Virus record (IMG/VR): IMGVR_UViG_2703718810_000005
Location: 1-50,143 of that record
Strand: one strand, 5' to 3'
DNA: 50,143 bases
DNA from: a virus
Lineage: Duplodnaviria; Heunggongvirae; Uroviricota; Caudoviricetes
Part shown: one piece after another, positions 1 through 9,367 of the stretch
Layout: each line of letters opens with the position of its first letter
Position numbering within the stretch: position 1 is the stretch's first letter
Program-made: the position numbers and the translations under genes
The notes under the pieces: model-generated
Databases searched by the model: none
What the model saw: the letters and a program-made list of their open reading frames with translations, nothing else
What the model was told of the DNA's origin: nothing

Positions 1-906
1 ATACAGCGCCCACTTGTCCACATCCGCCGCCCCCAGGCGTTTTCCCATGCCGTAGCGCGGGTGGGTCAGCATGTCCCACAGGCACCAGGCCGGGTTATTG
101 CTGTATGCCGGTTTCAGACTCCCGTCCCAGATACCGCTGTAGGTGCGTTTTTCCGGGTCATAGTTTGACGGCACCTGAATGATGCGGCCGCGGATATGGT
201 AGTTCACCACCATCTGCTGGCCACCGAACTGCTCCGCATCCACCTGCAGCCCCACAATGGCCGTGTTCGGGTAGCACTGTTTCACATCGATGATTTCGGT
301 GTATGACGACCACAGCGTTCTGTTCTGCAGCTGGTCCGTGGTGCTGTCCGCCGTCACCCTGACCATCCGGATATTAAAGGGGCGCTCAGGGAGATTATTC
401 AGAATCACCGACGTCAGGTACTGCGAGGTGGTCTTGCCGTTAATGGTGACATCCTTCTCCGTCACCCAGTTACCGTTACGCTCAAGCTGAATCAGCAGGC
501 GGACAGAAGAGGGATTACGGTCACCCTTTGAGGTGGTCTCCACCAGTGACTGCACCCCGAAGGTGACCCGCAGACGGTCAATGTTCGCTGACGTGATGGT
601 GCGCGTCACCGGCTTTGCCTTCGTCACCTCCACACCCAGTGCGGTTTCTGCCCCGGAGGACTCAAAGCCTTCCGGCGGTGTCTGCTCCTGCTCCCCGGCA
701 CGCCAGACGGCGGTCACACCGTGTATCACGGGATTACCGTCCGTGTCCGTCAGCGGGGTTTTGTTCACCAGAATACTCTGCAGTCCCTTCACCGGACCTT
801 CCACCGGTCCCTCACCAATGGCATCAATCACGCTCATCATCTGCGTGGATTTGAGATTGTCCTTCGCCTCACGCGGTGTGTGCCCCTTGCCGCCCCCTTT
901 ACCCAC
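1..906 (-). CDS. J: Tail tip/host specificity protein J, N-terminal ~300 codons (3' end lies outside window)
   Basis: Reverse-strand translation gives ...GKGGGKGHTPREAKD... and ...PRYGMGKRLGAADVDKWALY, matching lambda gpJ N-terminus; apparent GTG start at 906 preceded by GGAGAGGGGGA; open to window edge. Confidence 0.85.
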   Translation of the reverse strand, partial: MGKGGGKGHTPREAKDNLKSTQMMSVIDAIGEGPVEGPVKGLQSILVNKTPLTDTDGNPVIHGVTAVWRAGEQEQTPPEGFESSGAETALGVEVTKAKPVTRTITSANIDRLRVTFGVQSLVETTSKGDRNPSSVRLLIQLERNGNWVTEKDVTINGKTTSQYLTSVILNNLPERPFNIRMVRVTADSTTDQLQNRTLWSSYTEIIDVKQCYPNTAIVGLQVDAEQFGGQQMVVNYHIRGRIIQVPSNYDPEKRTYSGIWDGSLKPAYSNNPAWCLWDMLTHPRYGMGKRLGAADVDKWALY

Positions 907-952
907 TCTGTCCCCCTCTCCTGTCTGATGTCTGATGTCTGAATCTGTTTAT

Positions 953-986
953 GCCCAAAAACAACAGGCACCCCGGAGGGTGCCTG
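953..986 (-). terminator. Candidate intrinsic terminator just upstream of J
   Basis: 9 bp perfect stem caggcaccc/gggtgcctg with 4 nt loop, followed on minus strand by TTGTTTTTGGG. Confidence 0.4.
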
Positions 987-1114
987 TGTCATGACGGAAT
1001 AAAATTTCTGAAATTCTTCACATTTCTGCAAATTGCCTGTAGCCGCAATAATGACGCTGCGTTACTTTTTTGATGCCTGAAAAATAACTCCATAACGTTA
1101 ATCTTCATCGTTCT

Positions 1115-1150
1115 CTCCCGCAGCTCCGCTGACTCTGCGGGATTTTTTTA
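1115..1150 (+). terminator. Intrinsic terminator of repeat unit 1
   Basis: cccgcag...ctgcggg stem followed by TTTTTTT. Confidence 0.6.
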
Positions 1151-1341
1151 TCCCTTAAACCCGGCCTGATATTTTCTGTCCTCTGCCACCGATATCCCGC
1201 AGCCCCTTCCTGTGAATAAAAATTCTGAATTTATTCACATTTCTGCAAATTACCTGTGGCACTCATAATCACCATACGTTACAATTCGCCCGCTGATTAC
1301 AGGCAATAATCAAAACTACTCCTTAAGGTGACTATTCGTTT

Positions 1342-1380
1342 CTCCCGTCAATATCCAGGTGTATTACGGGAGATTTTTTA
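1342..1380 (+). terminator. Intrinsic terminator of repeat unit 2
   Basis: ctcccgt...acgggag stem followed by atTTTTTTa. Confidence 0.55.
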
Positions 1381-1569
1381 ATTCCCCCCTCAGTATCACG
1401 GACATTACTGACGCCACTCTGTCGCCAGAGACGAATGTACGGGATAAATAAAAACTCTGATTTTCTTCACATTTTCAGTCATTCTCCGTGGCAGAGTGCA
1501 TTCCGGCAGGTTACAGTTTCTTCGGGTCAATAAAAATAAAACGCCAACAGGTTAGTCAACATCGTTCTC

Positions 1570-1604
1570 TTCCCGCAGCACGGAGTACTGCGGGATTTTT
1601 TTAT
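1570..1604 (+). terminator. Intrinsic terminator of repeat unit 3
   Basis: cccgcag...ctgcggg stem followed by TTTTTTT. Confidence 0.6.
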
Positions 1605-1788
1605 CCCCTGAACCCGGCATGATGCCTTCTGTCCTCTGCCACCGATATCCGGCCCCTCCCTTCCCGTGAATAAAAATTCTGAGTTTATTCACATTTCCGC
1701 ACACTGACTGTAGTGCTCATAATCACGCTGCGTTACAGTTCATCTGCCAGAATAATGAAAAATTCCTTAAAGTTAATCTTCGTATCTC

Positions 1789-1824
1789 TTCCCGCAGGCG
1801 CCGAACACTGCGGGATTTTTTTAT
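1789..1824 (+). terminator. Intrinsic terminator of repeat unit 4 (abuts 3' end of gene I)
   Basis: cccgcag...ctgcggg stem followed by TTTTTTTT. Confidence 0.6.
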
Positions 1825-1826
1825 TT

Positions 1827-2507
1827 TCATCCCCGCCCGATAACCACCACTTTCCCGTCACCGCCCTCATCACGGGTGCTGATGTCCTGGGATATCCGTC
1901 GTGAACCAACCAGCATTTCACCGTAAGGCACCGGCACCGGATTCCCCTGAGCAATCATGTTGTCCAGTGACGAAAAATACGTGTTCTGTCTGCCGTTATC
2001 CGTGCTTTTGTACTCCGGCGTCTTTGCCTTCGGGGCCAGCATCTGGGCCACACCACCCAGTATCATGCTGGCACCCAGTGAGAACAGCATCGTGGTGGCA
2101 GTCAGCCCTCCGGCACTCAGGGCTGCGCCCCACAACGCCATCGTTGCACCGGCGGTGAAGAAAGAGCCCACGATGGCTGCAGCCCCCAGCACCACCTGAA
2201 AAACACCATTTCCCCCGGCCCCTGCCAGCCTCGGTACAATATGAATCACGGCCCTCCCGCTCAGCGGTTCATGAAGACGGGCATACACCGCCTCCGGCGC
2301 GGTATCCTCACCGGCAATACGTATCTGATACCAGCCTTCGTTCATCTGACAGCGGAATCCCGGCACCTGCAGCGACAGGGCACGGATGGCCTCCGCTGCC
2401 GTGTTCACATACAGGCTGATGCGGCGACCAAATCGTTGTAAATCCCCGTGAAGGCAGATGCGGACCAGTGGCGGTGACGCCAGACAGAATGCGTTCGTCG
2501 TTGCCAT
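1827..2507 (-). CDS. I: Tail assembly protein I
   Basis: 226 aa; MATTNAF...ICLHGDLQRFGRRI...QNTYFSSLDNM matches lambda gpI; overlaps K 3' end by ~100 nt as in lambda. Confidence 0.9.
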   Translation of the reverse strand: MATTNAFCLASPPLVRICLHGDLQRFGRRISLYVNTAAEAIRALSLQVPGFRCQMNEGWYQIRIAGEDTAPEAVYARLHEPLSGRAVIHIVPRLAGAGGNGVFQVVLGAAAIVGSFFTAGATMALWGAALSAGGLTATTMLFSLGASMILGGVAQMLAPKAKTPEYKSTDNGRQNTYFSSLDNMIAQGNPVPVPYGEMLVGSRRISQDISTRDEGGDGKVVVIGRG

Positions 2508-3148
2508 TTCTCTGAATACCTCTCCCGTTTACTCAGTTGTTCAGGTATATGGTGAAGCAGCTCACCGTTGCCACAGTAAATGGCGGCATGATTCGGCACC
2601 GATGCGCCAAAGCAGCACAGCAGGATATCGCCTGCCTGTGCAGAGGACAGGGACACCCGGCAAAAGCCGGTGGCCTCCATATTGTCCAGGTACAGGTTCT
2701 GGCCGTTGCGCCACCAGTCATCCTCGCGGTGAAAATCCGGCATCTCAATCCCCGCCAGATGGTATGCATCCCGGAACAGGGTGTAACAGTCCGTCACACC
2801 GTGTTCAAAGCGCCGTCCGGTCAGGTGCGGCACACAGCGGAACCGGTGAATTTCACCCCGGCAGACCAGCCACCAGGGCAGGGCACTCTTTATCTGCAGC
2901 CGCCGGTCCGCCTCGCTCAGCCAGGGCAGACCAGCGGGATGACTGTGGACCAGCGCCACAATCTCCCCCTGCATCTGTGCCTGCAGCCAGTCTTCCGGCG
3001 CAATACGAAAATACGCCTCCGGCTCTGCGGAGATATTCACGCAGGACTGGTACCGTTCGCCCTCCGGGGTGCTTATCACGAAGCCGCACGACTCCGCAGG
3101 CGCACACCGCCGGGCATGCGCCAGAATCACTGATTCAGTCTGTGTCAT
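2405..3148 (-). CDS. K: Tail assembly protein K
   Basis: Starts MTQTESVILAHARRCAPAESCGF, HSHP and ...TDCYTLFRDAYH motifs as in lambda gpK; six-frame ORF extends upstream to 3409 but ATG at 3148 follows L; internal start possible. Confidence 0.85.
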   Translation of the reverse strand: MTQTESVILAHARRCAPAESCGFVISTPEGERYQSCVNISAEPEAYFRIAPEDWLQAQMQGEIVALVHSHPAGLPWLSEADRRLQIKSALPWWLVCRGEIHRFRCVPHLTGRRFEHGVTDCYTLFRDAYHLAGIEMPDFHREDDWWRNGQNLYLDNMEATGFCRVSLSSAQAGDILLCCFGASVPNHAAIYCGNGELLHHIPEQLSKRERYSEKWQRRTHSVWRHRHWSASAFTGIYNDLVAASACM

Positions 3149-3158
3149 AAAACGGGAT

Positions 3159-3857
3159 TTACTGCGAAAGTTTATTAATGGAAAGGAAACCGCCGAAATT
3201 AGCCACCATGCCGCGCATCTCACACCCGCGCATGCATTTACTGCATCTGTCCTTCCGGATATCCGTGGTGGGGTTGTCGAACTCATCCGCCACTGCCGGA
3301 CCGTTATACCCGCATTCATCGCCCCGGTAATCCCACATACAGGTGTTCGCCAGCATGATGCGACCGGGAAACAGCACACCGTCCGTCTCCGTCGGTGTCG
3401 CCAGCACAAACGAGGCCGTCATGGCCGTCAGCGCTGACATCTGCTCCACCACCCAGCGGTCCGTCAGCTCCTGCTCCGGGTCTGCCTCAGGATTGCCTGC
3501 CACAAAGTTCACCGCATCCAGAAAACGCGCATACACCCGGCGACGGACCACCGTGGCCCCCACCAGGCTCTGCAAATCCTCCGCCATCCCGGTGGCAAGG
3601 CCAAACAGATTGGACACCGTCAGCGACGGGCGGGCACTGCTGCCCTTTCCGTTCATCTCAAAGCCGCTGCCCTCAATCGGGTAGGCCTGATATTCACGCC
3701 CCTGCCAGGTCACCGGCTCCCCTTTTTCATTCAGCTCATTGCAGAAAAAATACCGCTCACCGCCCTGCAACGTCAGGTCGATTTCCCAGAGCACCACCCG
3801 CGGTGACTGCTCTGACTTAACCGACTCGTTCAGGCTTTCTTCGTGAATATCCTGCAT
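3159..3857 (-). CDS. L: Minor tail protein L
   Basis: 232 aa, MQDIHEESLNE...VVLWEIDL like lambda gpL. Confidence 0.9.
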   Translation of the reverse strand: MQDIHEESLNESVKSEQSPRVVLWEIDLTLQGGERYFFCNELNEKGEPVTWQGREYQAYPIEGSGFEMNGKGSSARPSLTVSNLFGLATGMAEDLQSLVGATVVRRRVYARFLDAVNFVAGNPEADPEQELTDRWVVEQMSALTAMTASFVLATPTETDGVLFPGRIMLANTCMWDYRGDECGYNGPAVADEFDNPTTDIRKDRCSKCMRGCEMRGMVANFGGFLSINKLSQ

Positions 3858-4186
3858 CAGTTCACCACCTGCTTAAACTCCGCGCTGAACTCAACGCGCA
3901 ACATCCCGACCCGCGCAGACCACCCGGCACAGGTCACCTTTATCTGCCGGTATGCATAGGGTGGCTTCCACAAAAATGCCTTCCAGCCCCCGTGCTCTGC
4001 CAGGAACGCTTCCAGATGCCGGGCCTCCTCCCGGCTCACGGAAAGCATCACCCGGTATGTTTTCAGGTCAGCATTCAGCCCTGCCGCCATACGCTGTGAG
4101 TACCCGTCACCAAAACGCACTTCACGCACCGACGGCTGCGAGTTCACCTCCATATCCGGCTTCACTTTCCAGCGAAAGGTTTTCAT
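3857..4186 (-). CDS. M: Minor tail protein M
   Basis: 109 aa, MKTFRWKVKPDMEV... like lambda gpM; ATGA overlap with L. Confidence 0.9.
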   Translation of the reverse strand: MKTFRWKVKPDMEVNSQPSVREVRFGDGYSQRMAAGLNADLKTYRVMLSVSREEARHLEAFLAEHGGWKAFLWKPPYAYRQIKVTCAGWSARVGMLRVEFSAEFKQVVN

Positions 4187-6759
4187 CGCCCGCTCCCTGA
4201 TAACATACCGCCATCACGCAACTGCAGCCGGAGCTCATCCTGCGCCCCCTTGCGGGCCATGTCATACACCGCCTTCATCAGCTGCGGCCCCGCCTGTCCG
4301 TTGATACCGTCGTTCTGAATCACCACGTGATTGTTCTGATTAAAATTAATACCTTCCGCCCGCCGCATCTGCGCCGGACTTCCGGCACCACCCACATAAC
4401 CACCTTCCGCATAGCCGCGCATCAGGCGGTAAAGATTCCCCACACCTATCCGGCTGGTTGCCTCCTTCGTGAAGACAAACTCCCCGCGGTGAACTATCCC
4501 CGCAGGCTCATATTTGCCGCCCGTGCCCGTAAATCCGCCGGTCGCAAAATGAAAGTTCGCTGCCGCAGCCTGAATGGCTGTCCCCGTGGAAGCGGATGCG
4601 CCAGCACCACCAATGGCTCCCCCGATGGCGCTGCCGATACGCCCGACAATGCCCACCATGGCCTGTTTAAGCAGGATTTCTGTCATCATGGACAGCACCG
4701 AACGGGTGAATCCCCGCCAGTTCTGTTCACTGCCGGTCAGCATCGCCGCCATATTCTGTGCAATACCGTCAAAGGTCTGCGTGGCCACACTTTTAACCTG
4801 CGAAAAACTGTCCGTCGCACTTTCCGCCCACTCGCCCCAGCCGGACTTCAGCCCGGCCAGCCAGTCACCGCGCAGCATGTCTTCATCCGCCCATGTCTGT
4901 TTCAGTGCCCCGGTGACCCGGGCCAGCGCCTGCGGATTACCGCCATACATGTCACGAAGACGCTGCGCTTCAGACTCCCGCTGCGCCTGACGGTCAGTGA
5001 GACCGCGGGCTTTTGCGCTGATGGCGGCCTGCTTCGCGCTCTGTTGCTCTTCAAACCGTGCTGCCTGCTGTGCAAGTTCATTCAGGCGTTTCTGGTGCTC
5101 CACCTTGTCGCCCAGCTCAGCCAGCTGGCGTTTGTACTCCAGCGTTTCTTTCTCATGAGCCAGCAGGGATTTTTCCTGCCCGGATAACTGCCGTTTCGTT
5201 GCGGCCTCTTTCAGGACCGCATACTGACTTTCCGCTTTCCATAAATCACGGCGCTGCTGGCTGATTTTCTCATTCGCACCGCTGTGCTTCTCCAGCGTCC
5301 GGAGCTCAGTTTCAAGCGCCAGCAGGGCTGCATGCGCCCGGTCTTCCTGACGCTCACCGGCAGACACCTTCACACCTGACGGCTTTTTCAGCGTCGATTC
5401 ATAATCCTTTTTTGCCGACGCCATCAGCGTGTTGTAATCCGCCTGCAGGATTTTTCCGTCTTTCAGGGCCTTATTCAGCTCTTTCTGACGGGCGGTATAT
5501 TTATCCAGCGGCGTCTGCAGGCGCTCATACGCCTTCTGCGCCTCTCCGGTATACTTCAGCTGTGACGCCTTACGCTCAGCCCGGTCCCTTGCCGCCAGTT
5601 CACCGGCTTTTTCCATATCCGACTGCAGCGTTGCCGCCGCCAGCCCCAGACGGGCATTTTCCCGGTCATCCCATGCACCCTGAAGGTTGGCCCGGAACGA
5701 GGCGGTTTTACCGCGGCGCTGGCTCCGGCTCTGGTACCACTGCCATTTTTTATCCGCCTCATCAAATGCCTTCTGCGCACTGGCGAGCATGTCCGCAGAA
5801 GATTCCGGACGACCGATATCCAGAATGGCATCCCACATCGATTTGAACGCCTTCCCTGTTTTATCCGCCCAGGTTTCCAGCGTCCCCATGTTCTCTTTCA
5901 GGCGGCGGGTCTGCTCATCAAAGCCTTTCGTGGCAATATCGTTCGCCGCCTGTAAGGCACCGGCCTCGTCTCCGGAACGCTGCAGCTGAGCAACATACGC
6001 AATCTGCTCTGCCGTCACGTTGCGGAACTGGCGTGCCATCGCAGTCAGCCCCGACGTCGGGTCGGTGGTCAGTTTTCCGAAAGCCTCTGCAACCTTGTCC
6101 ACCTCCACACCGGAGGCAGACGCAAAACGCGCCACACTCTGGTTAATGGCATCAAACTGTTCACCACCACGCACACCGGCACTGACCAGGGCTGCCAGTG
6201 ACTCTCTCGCCTGGTTAAACGTCAGCCCTGCTGCCTGCCCGGCTCTTGAGAGAGTCAGCATACGATCGGCAGTCAGTCCGGACTGATTACCGGAAAGAAC
6301 CAGGGTTTTATTAAACGCTGAAAGCGTGGAATCTCCCTGGTACCAGGCGTACACCAGCGCACCTGTCGCCACCGCCAGCGAGGTGACCCCGACCATCGGC
6401 AGGGTGATCGCACCGGCGAGCCCCCTGAACATGGGGATCATCCCGCCGAAGGAGTCCTTCACCTGACCGCCCTGTTGCAGCAGGATCAGCCAGGGATTCT
6501 GACCACCGGCAAGCTGCGTGGCGATATCCGTAAACTGTGCAGGCAGGGTTCGCATGGCCGCTTTATACTGCCCGACGGACATCCCGGCTTTTTGTGCAGC
6601 CAGCGCCTGACGGCTCAGCCCCTGCTCAACAGCACTGGCGGTTTTTCTGGCGTCAGTCTCCAGTCCTGAAAAATGACGCCTTACGCGGGTCATCTGCTCA
6701 TCGAAACGGACCGCATCCAGACTCAGGTCAATAACAAGATCACCAACCGGCTGGGACAT
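4183..6759 (-). CDS. H: Tail length tape measure protein H
   Basis: 858 aa, position and size as lambda gpH, long coiled-coil central region, Gly-rich C-terminus. Confidence 0.9.
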   Translation of the reverse strand: MSQPVGDLVIDLSLDAVRFDEQMTRVRRHFSGLETDARKTASAVEQGLSRQALAAQKAGMSVGQYKAAMRTLPAQFTDIATQLAGGQNPWLILLQQGGQVKDSFGGMIPMFRGLAGAITLPMVGVTSLAVATGALVYAWYQGDSTLSAFNKTLVLSGNQSGLTADRMLTLSRAGQAAGLTFNQARESLAALVSAGVRGGEQFDAINQSVARFASASGVEVDKVAEAFGKLTTDPTSGLTAMARQFRNVTAEQIAYVAQLQRSGDEAGALQAANDIATKGFDEQTRRLKENMGTLETWADKTGKAFKSMWDAILDIGRPESSADMLASAQKAFDEADKKWQWYQSRSQRRGKTASFRANLQGAWDDRENARLGLAAATLQSDMEKAGELAARDRAERKASQLKYTGEAQKAYERLQTPLDKYTARQKELNKALKDGKILQADYNTLMASAKKDYESTLKKPSGVKVSAGERQEDRAHAALLALETELRTLEKHSGANEKISQQRRDLWKAESQYAVLKEAATKRQLSGQEKSLLAHEKETLEYKRQLAELGDKVEHQKRLNELAQQAARFEEQQSAKQAAISAKARGLTDRQAQRESEAQRLRDMYGGNPQALARVTGALKQTWADEDMLRGDWLAGLKSGWGEWAESATDSFSQVKSVATQTFDGIAQNMAAMLTGSEQNWRGFTRSVLSMMTEILLKQAMVGIVGRIGSAIGGAIGGAGASASTGTAIQAAAANFHFATGGFTGTGGKYEPAGIVHRGEFVFTKEATSRIGVGNLYRLMRGYAEGGYVGGAGSPAQMRRAEGINFNQNNHVVIQNDGINGQAGPQLMKAVYDMARKGAQDELRLQLRDGGMLSGSGR

Positions 6760-7204
6760 ATCTCACACCTCCGGAAATCCCCGCAGAAGCCATCATTAAT
6801 GCGACATCATCCTCGCTGACATCCACCACATCCGCAGAAGGTGAAATATCGCCCCCGCCCTCCCCGCCGAACCGGACGCCTCCGGCAAGTCCTGCCGCTT
6901 TCTGCATCAGCATGTCTTCCTCATCCGGCCTCTCCGTCTGCGCTTCCTCACGCCGGGGGACAAGCAGACTGAAATCCGAGGGATGCATATCCGGATCGTA
7001 TAAAAACAGGCTGAGTACGGCGTACGTCAGCCCGGAAAAATGCATATCCAGCTGGGTATCGTGAAAATAATGCGTGCGGTAAAAACGTCGCCAGTCGGCA
7101 TATTCGGTGGATGTCATCCCGGCAAGCATGGCGCGCCAGTCGGGTCTCCCCATCTCACGCGCCAGTCTGAGGGCAAAGTTCAGCTCGCCGTCGAAGACTT
7201 TCCC
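6740..7204 (-). CDS. T: T segment of tail assembly chaperone G-T (reached by -1 frameshift from G)
   Basis: ORF in -1 frame relative to G, beginning at slippery heptamer G GGA AAG (7198-7204) and ending at 6740. Confidence 0.8.
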   Translation of the reverse strand, partial: GKVFDGELNFALRLAREMGRPDWRAMLAGMTSTEYADWRRFYRTHYFHDTQLDMHFSGLTYAVLSLFLYDPDMHPSDFSLLVPRREEAQTERPDEEDMLMQKAAGLAGGVRFGGEGGGDISPSADVVDVSEDDVALMMASAGISGGVRYVPAGW

Positions 7205-7611
7205 GCAGAAAAATCATCATCAGTCAGCGTGTTATTTTTCGCCACTTCAGTAATATCAGTATCCGGACGAACAGCTTCGATCATCCCGGACAGGCACAAC
7301 ACCACGTCTTCCGCCCGGGCAATGGCATCGGCAGGCCAGGTGGTGAGCACTTCCTGCTCTATCTTCATCACGGCCTCATTCATTGACGGTGACTGCGTTT
7401 TCTGTGGATGGTTATGCCACAGGGACATCGCCACCAGAAACGCGCCGGTTCTGACGAGATCTTCCACGCTTACCTGCAGGTTGCCGCTGGATTCTGCCTG
7501 TTCTGCACGCCGTTTCAGAAGGGCAAGATGCTCGATACGCTGCAGCGCAGACAATTCGGAAAGCGTGACAGACACACCGTTATATTCAAATTGTTCTGTT
7601 TTCAGAAACAT
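7180..7611 (-). CDS. G: Tail assembly chaperone G
   Basis: 143 aa, MFLKTEQFEYNGVSVTLSELSALQRIEHLAL... like lambda gpG. Confidence 0.9.
   Translation of the reverse strand: MFLKTEQFEYNGVSVTLSELSALQRIEHLALLKRRAEQAESSGNLQVSVEDLVRTGAFLVAMSLWHNHPQKTQSPSMNEAVMKIEQEVLTTWPADAIARAEDVVLCLSGMIEAVRPDTDITEVAKNNTLTDDDFSAGKSSTAS
7198..7204 (-). promoter_or_regulatory. Programmed -1 ribosomal frameshift slippery site (GGGAAAG)
   Basis: Minus-strand GGGAAAG in G frame as G GGA AAG, 5 codons before G stop; identical heptamer and position to lambda G-T. Confidence 0.8.
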
Positions 7612-7624
7612 GTATTACCTCCGT

Positions 7625-8377
7625 TTACCCTGCAGCGCCCGCTTCAGTAACGGTGACTTCAGCCACTGCGGCGAACTGACCATTTCCGCTCACCACAGGG
7701 ATCTGCACCTTACCTGTCGCCACGCCGTTTACCGTAATTGTCATATCTTTCACACTAATGGTGGCTTTCGACGGATCGGCGGAAACCGCTCTGAACGTCT
7801 TGTCGGTTGCACTTTCCGGCTCAAAAGAAACCGTCAGGGTGGTTGTTTTCCCTTTTGCCACCGTACCGGATGTAGGCGTCACCTTAATCGCACTGACCGG
7901 CGTAATTTTGCTGCGTTCTTCCGCTACAGAAGGTTTACCCACGTTAGTGACTTTCACCGTGCGGGTGATCACTTCTTTCGCCGTCACGGCCTTACCGATA
8001 CTGCTGACCCAGCCACGAAACACATCCACCGTGCCATTCGGAAAACGGATTTTATAGGCCCGGACATCGCCGCTTTCAAACCAGCCTATAAGCCCTTTCT
8101 GACCTTCCTCTCCCGGTTTCCAGGCCAGCGTAAAACTGGTATCACCTGCAGATTTCTGCCCCTGCCCGGTCGCGGTCCAGTCTGCGTCTTCATCATCCAG
8201 GTAGTTATCATCGTAGGATTCTGCCGTCATCTCGCCCGGCGTCAGATCCTTCACCTTAGCCAGTCGCTGCCAGTCAGCGTCTGACAACGGGTTTGCATAA
8301 GCATCACCCTTGCCGTTGTAAACCCACAGAGTGGTACCGGCACCTTTTACTGGCTCCAGGGGATTTGGTGTTGCCAT
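7625..8377 (-). CDS. V: Major tail protein V (with C-terminal Ig-like domain)
   Basis: 250 aa, ...[12 protein letters not shown]...[17 protein letters not shown]... like lambda gpV. Confidence 0.9.
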   Translation of the reverse strand: MATPNPLEPVKGAGTTLWVYNGKGDAYANPLSDADWQRLAKVKDLTPGEMTAESYDDNYLDDEDADWTATGQGQKSAGDTSFTLAWKPGEEGQKGLIGWFESGDVRAYKIRFPNGTVDVFRGWVSSIGKAVTAKEVITRTVKVTNVGKPSVAEERSKITPVSAIKVTPTSGTVAKGKTTTLTVSFEPESATDKTFRAVSADPSKATISVKDMTITVNGVATGKVQIPVVSGNGQFAAVAEVTVTEAGAAG

Positions 8378-8384
8378 ATCGTCC

Positions 8385-8780
8385 TCACATCTCGTATGTA
8401 ATGGAATAAGTCAGATCTGCAGAGCTCCATAACGCCATATCGTCATCACGACGATACTCATAGCCCTGCGTAACCATCGTGGTAATCAGTCCTGCCAGTG
8501 CAGGGATCGCAGTCATCGCCGGATAAATCCGGCTTTCCATCCACTGATCGAGCTCCGAATCAGGTACCTGTGCCGGTAAAAACACCTCAATATGCAGTGT
8601 GGCCCGCCAGGTATCTGCATCCAGCTCTTCACCGGTATACTCTGCATCCGTCAGATAAACCGCGATCGCAGGAAAATCCTCTTCGTCAAAAACAACGGGG
8701 CGACCATCAAACAGCGTCGCCCCGTGTTCATGCTGCTCGAGTGCATCCAGCACTGCGGCACGAATGTCAGTGTGTTTCAT
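8385..8780 (-). CDS. U: Tail tube terminator protein U
   Basis: 131 aa, position and size as lambda gpU. Confidence 0.85.
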   Translation of the reverse strand: MKHTDIRAAVLDALEQHEHGATLFDGRPVVFDEEDFPAIAVYLTDAEYTGEELDADTWRATLHIEVFLPAQVPDSELDQWMESRIYPAMTAIPALAGLITTMVTQGYEYRRDDDMALWSSADLTYSITYEM

Positions 8781-9352
8781 CGTTTTATCGCAATCCTCAG
8801 TTGTTGTTTCAGCGCGTATGCCAGTTCTTTAGGCAGGCGTTCACGCCGGATACGGTCAACATTCTCATCAAATGCCTGTTTCAGTGGGGCCGCCATCGGG
8901 ATTTTCACCACCTGAATGGGAAGGCGATTACGCTTTTTCCTTCCCTTGTCGTCATTGCCCTCCTCATATCTGGCCTGGGGAAGACGTTGCATAACATGCC
9001 AGCGCCCATTATTTAATCGCTGGATAAATGCCCGCTGATAACGATGCTGACCGGCTTTAAGTATGCTGTTCGGGCGACGCCCCAGCATCCTGATCCCCAG
9101 CTTAATCACAGGGAGATCACCGCGGTTAACGATAATTCTGGCATTCGGATTTCTGACCGTCGCCCGTTTCAGTCTGGACCGTTCCTTAACCAGTTTCCGG
9201 CGAACCTTTGTCTCCCGGGCAACCTGTGATGAAGACTGATTAATCGCCGTTGTGGCCACGCGGTTAATGGCCATTGCTGAAGCCGCCGGAATGGCGTTTT
9301 TACGAACCCGGCTCAGATTGTCAATCGCCTGATCAAGCCCTTTTATCGCCAT
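8777..9352 (-). CDS. Z: Tail completion protein Z
   Basis: 191 aa, MAIKGLDQAIDNLSR...RIRRERLPKEL like lambda gpZ. Confidence 0.9.
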   Translation of the reverse strand: MAIKGLDQAIDNLSRVRKNAIPAASAMAINRVATTAINQSSSQVARETKVRRKLVKERSRLKRATVRNPNARIIVNRGDLPVIKLGIRMLGRRPNSILKAGQHRYQRAFIQRLNNGRWHVMQRLPQARYEEGNDDKGRKKRNRLPIQVVKIPMAAPLKQAFDENVDRIRRERLPKELAYALKQQLRIAIKR

Positions 9353-9367
9353 AATTTCACCCTGCGT

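Larger units (their letters stand above)
997..1825 (+). repeat. Four tandem ~160-230 bp units inserted between tail genes I and J; candidate small-RNA gene array
   Basis: Units start near 997, 1212, 1444, 1666; each has a conserved 5' block (TGAATAAAaattctgaaTTTATTCA palindrome, ttcacatttctgca, CATAAT/AATAAT), variable middle, and a plus-strand hairpin plus T-run; no conserved ORF. Confidence 0.6.

Noticed and set aside
997-1825. Possible CRISPR array suggested by regular tandem repeats
   Set aside because: Units are ~220 bp with internal promoter-like and terminator elements, not 28-37 bp repeats separated by unique spacers; no cas genes nearby.
1713-1904. 63 aa plus-strand ORF and other short ORFs inside the repeat array
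   Set aside because: They run through terminator hairpins, are not conserved between units and lack RBS; the array is better explained as non-coding.
4327-5187. 286 aa plus-strand ORF (and similar long plus-strand ORFs at 2458-3150, 7040-8284, 13720-14877, 15670-16371)
   Set aside because: All lie antisense to well-conserved lambda morphogenesis genes (H, K, V, B, A), are rich in Arg/Pro/Ser as expected for antisense reading of GC-rich coding DNA, and have no RBS context.
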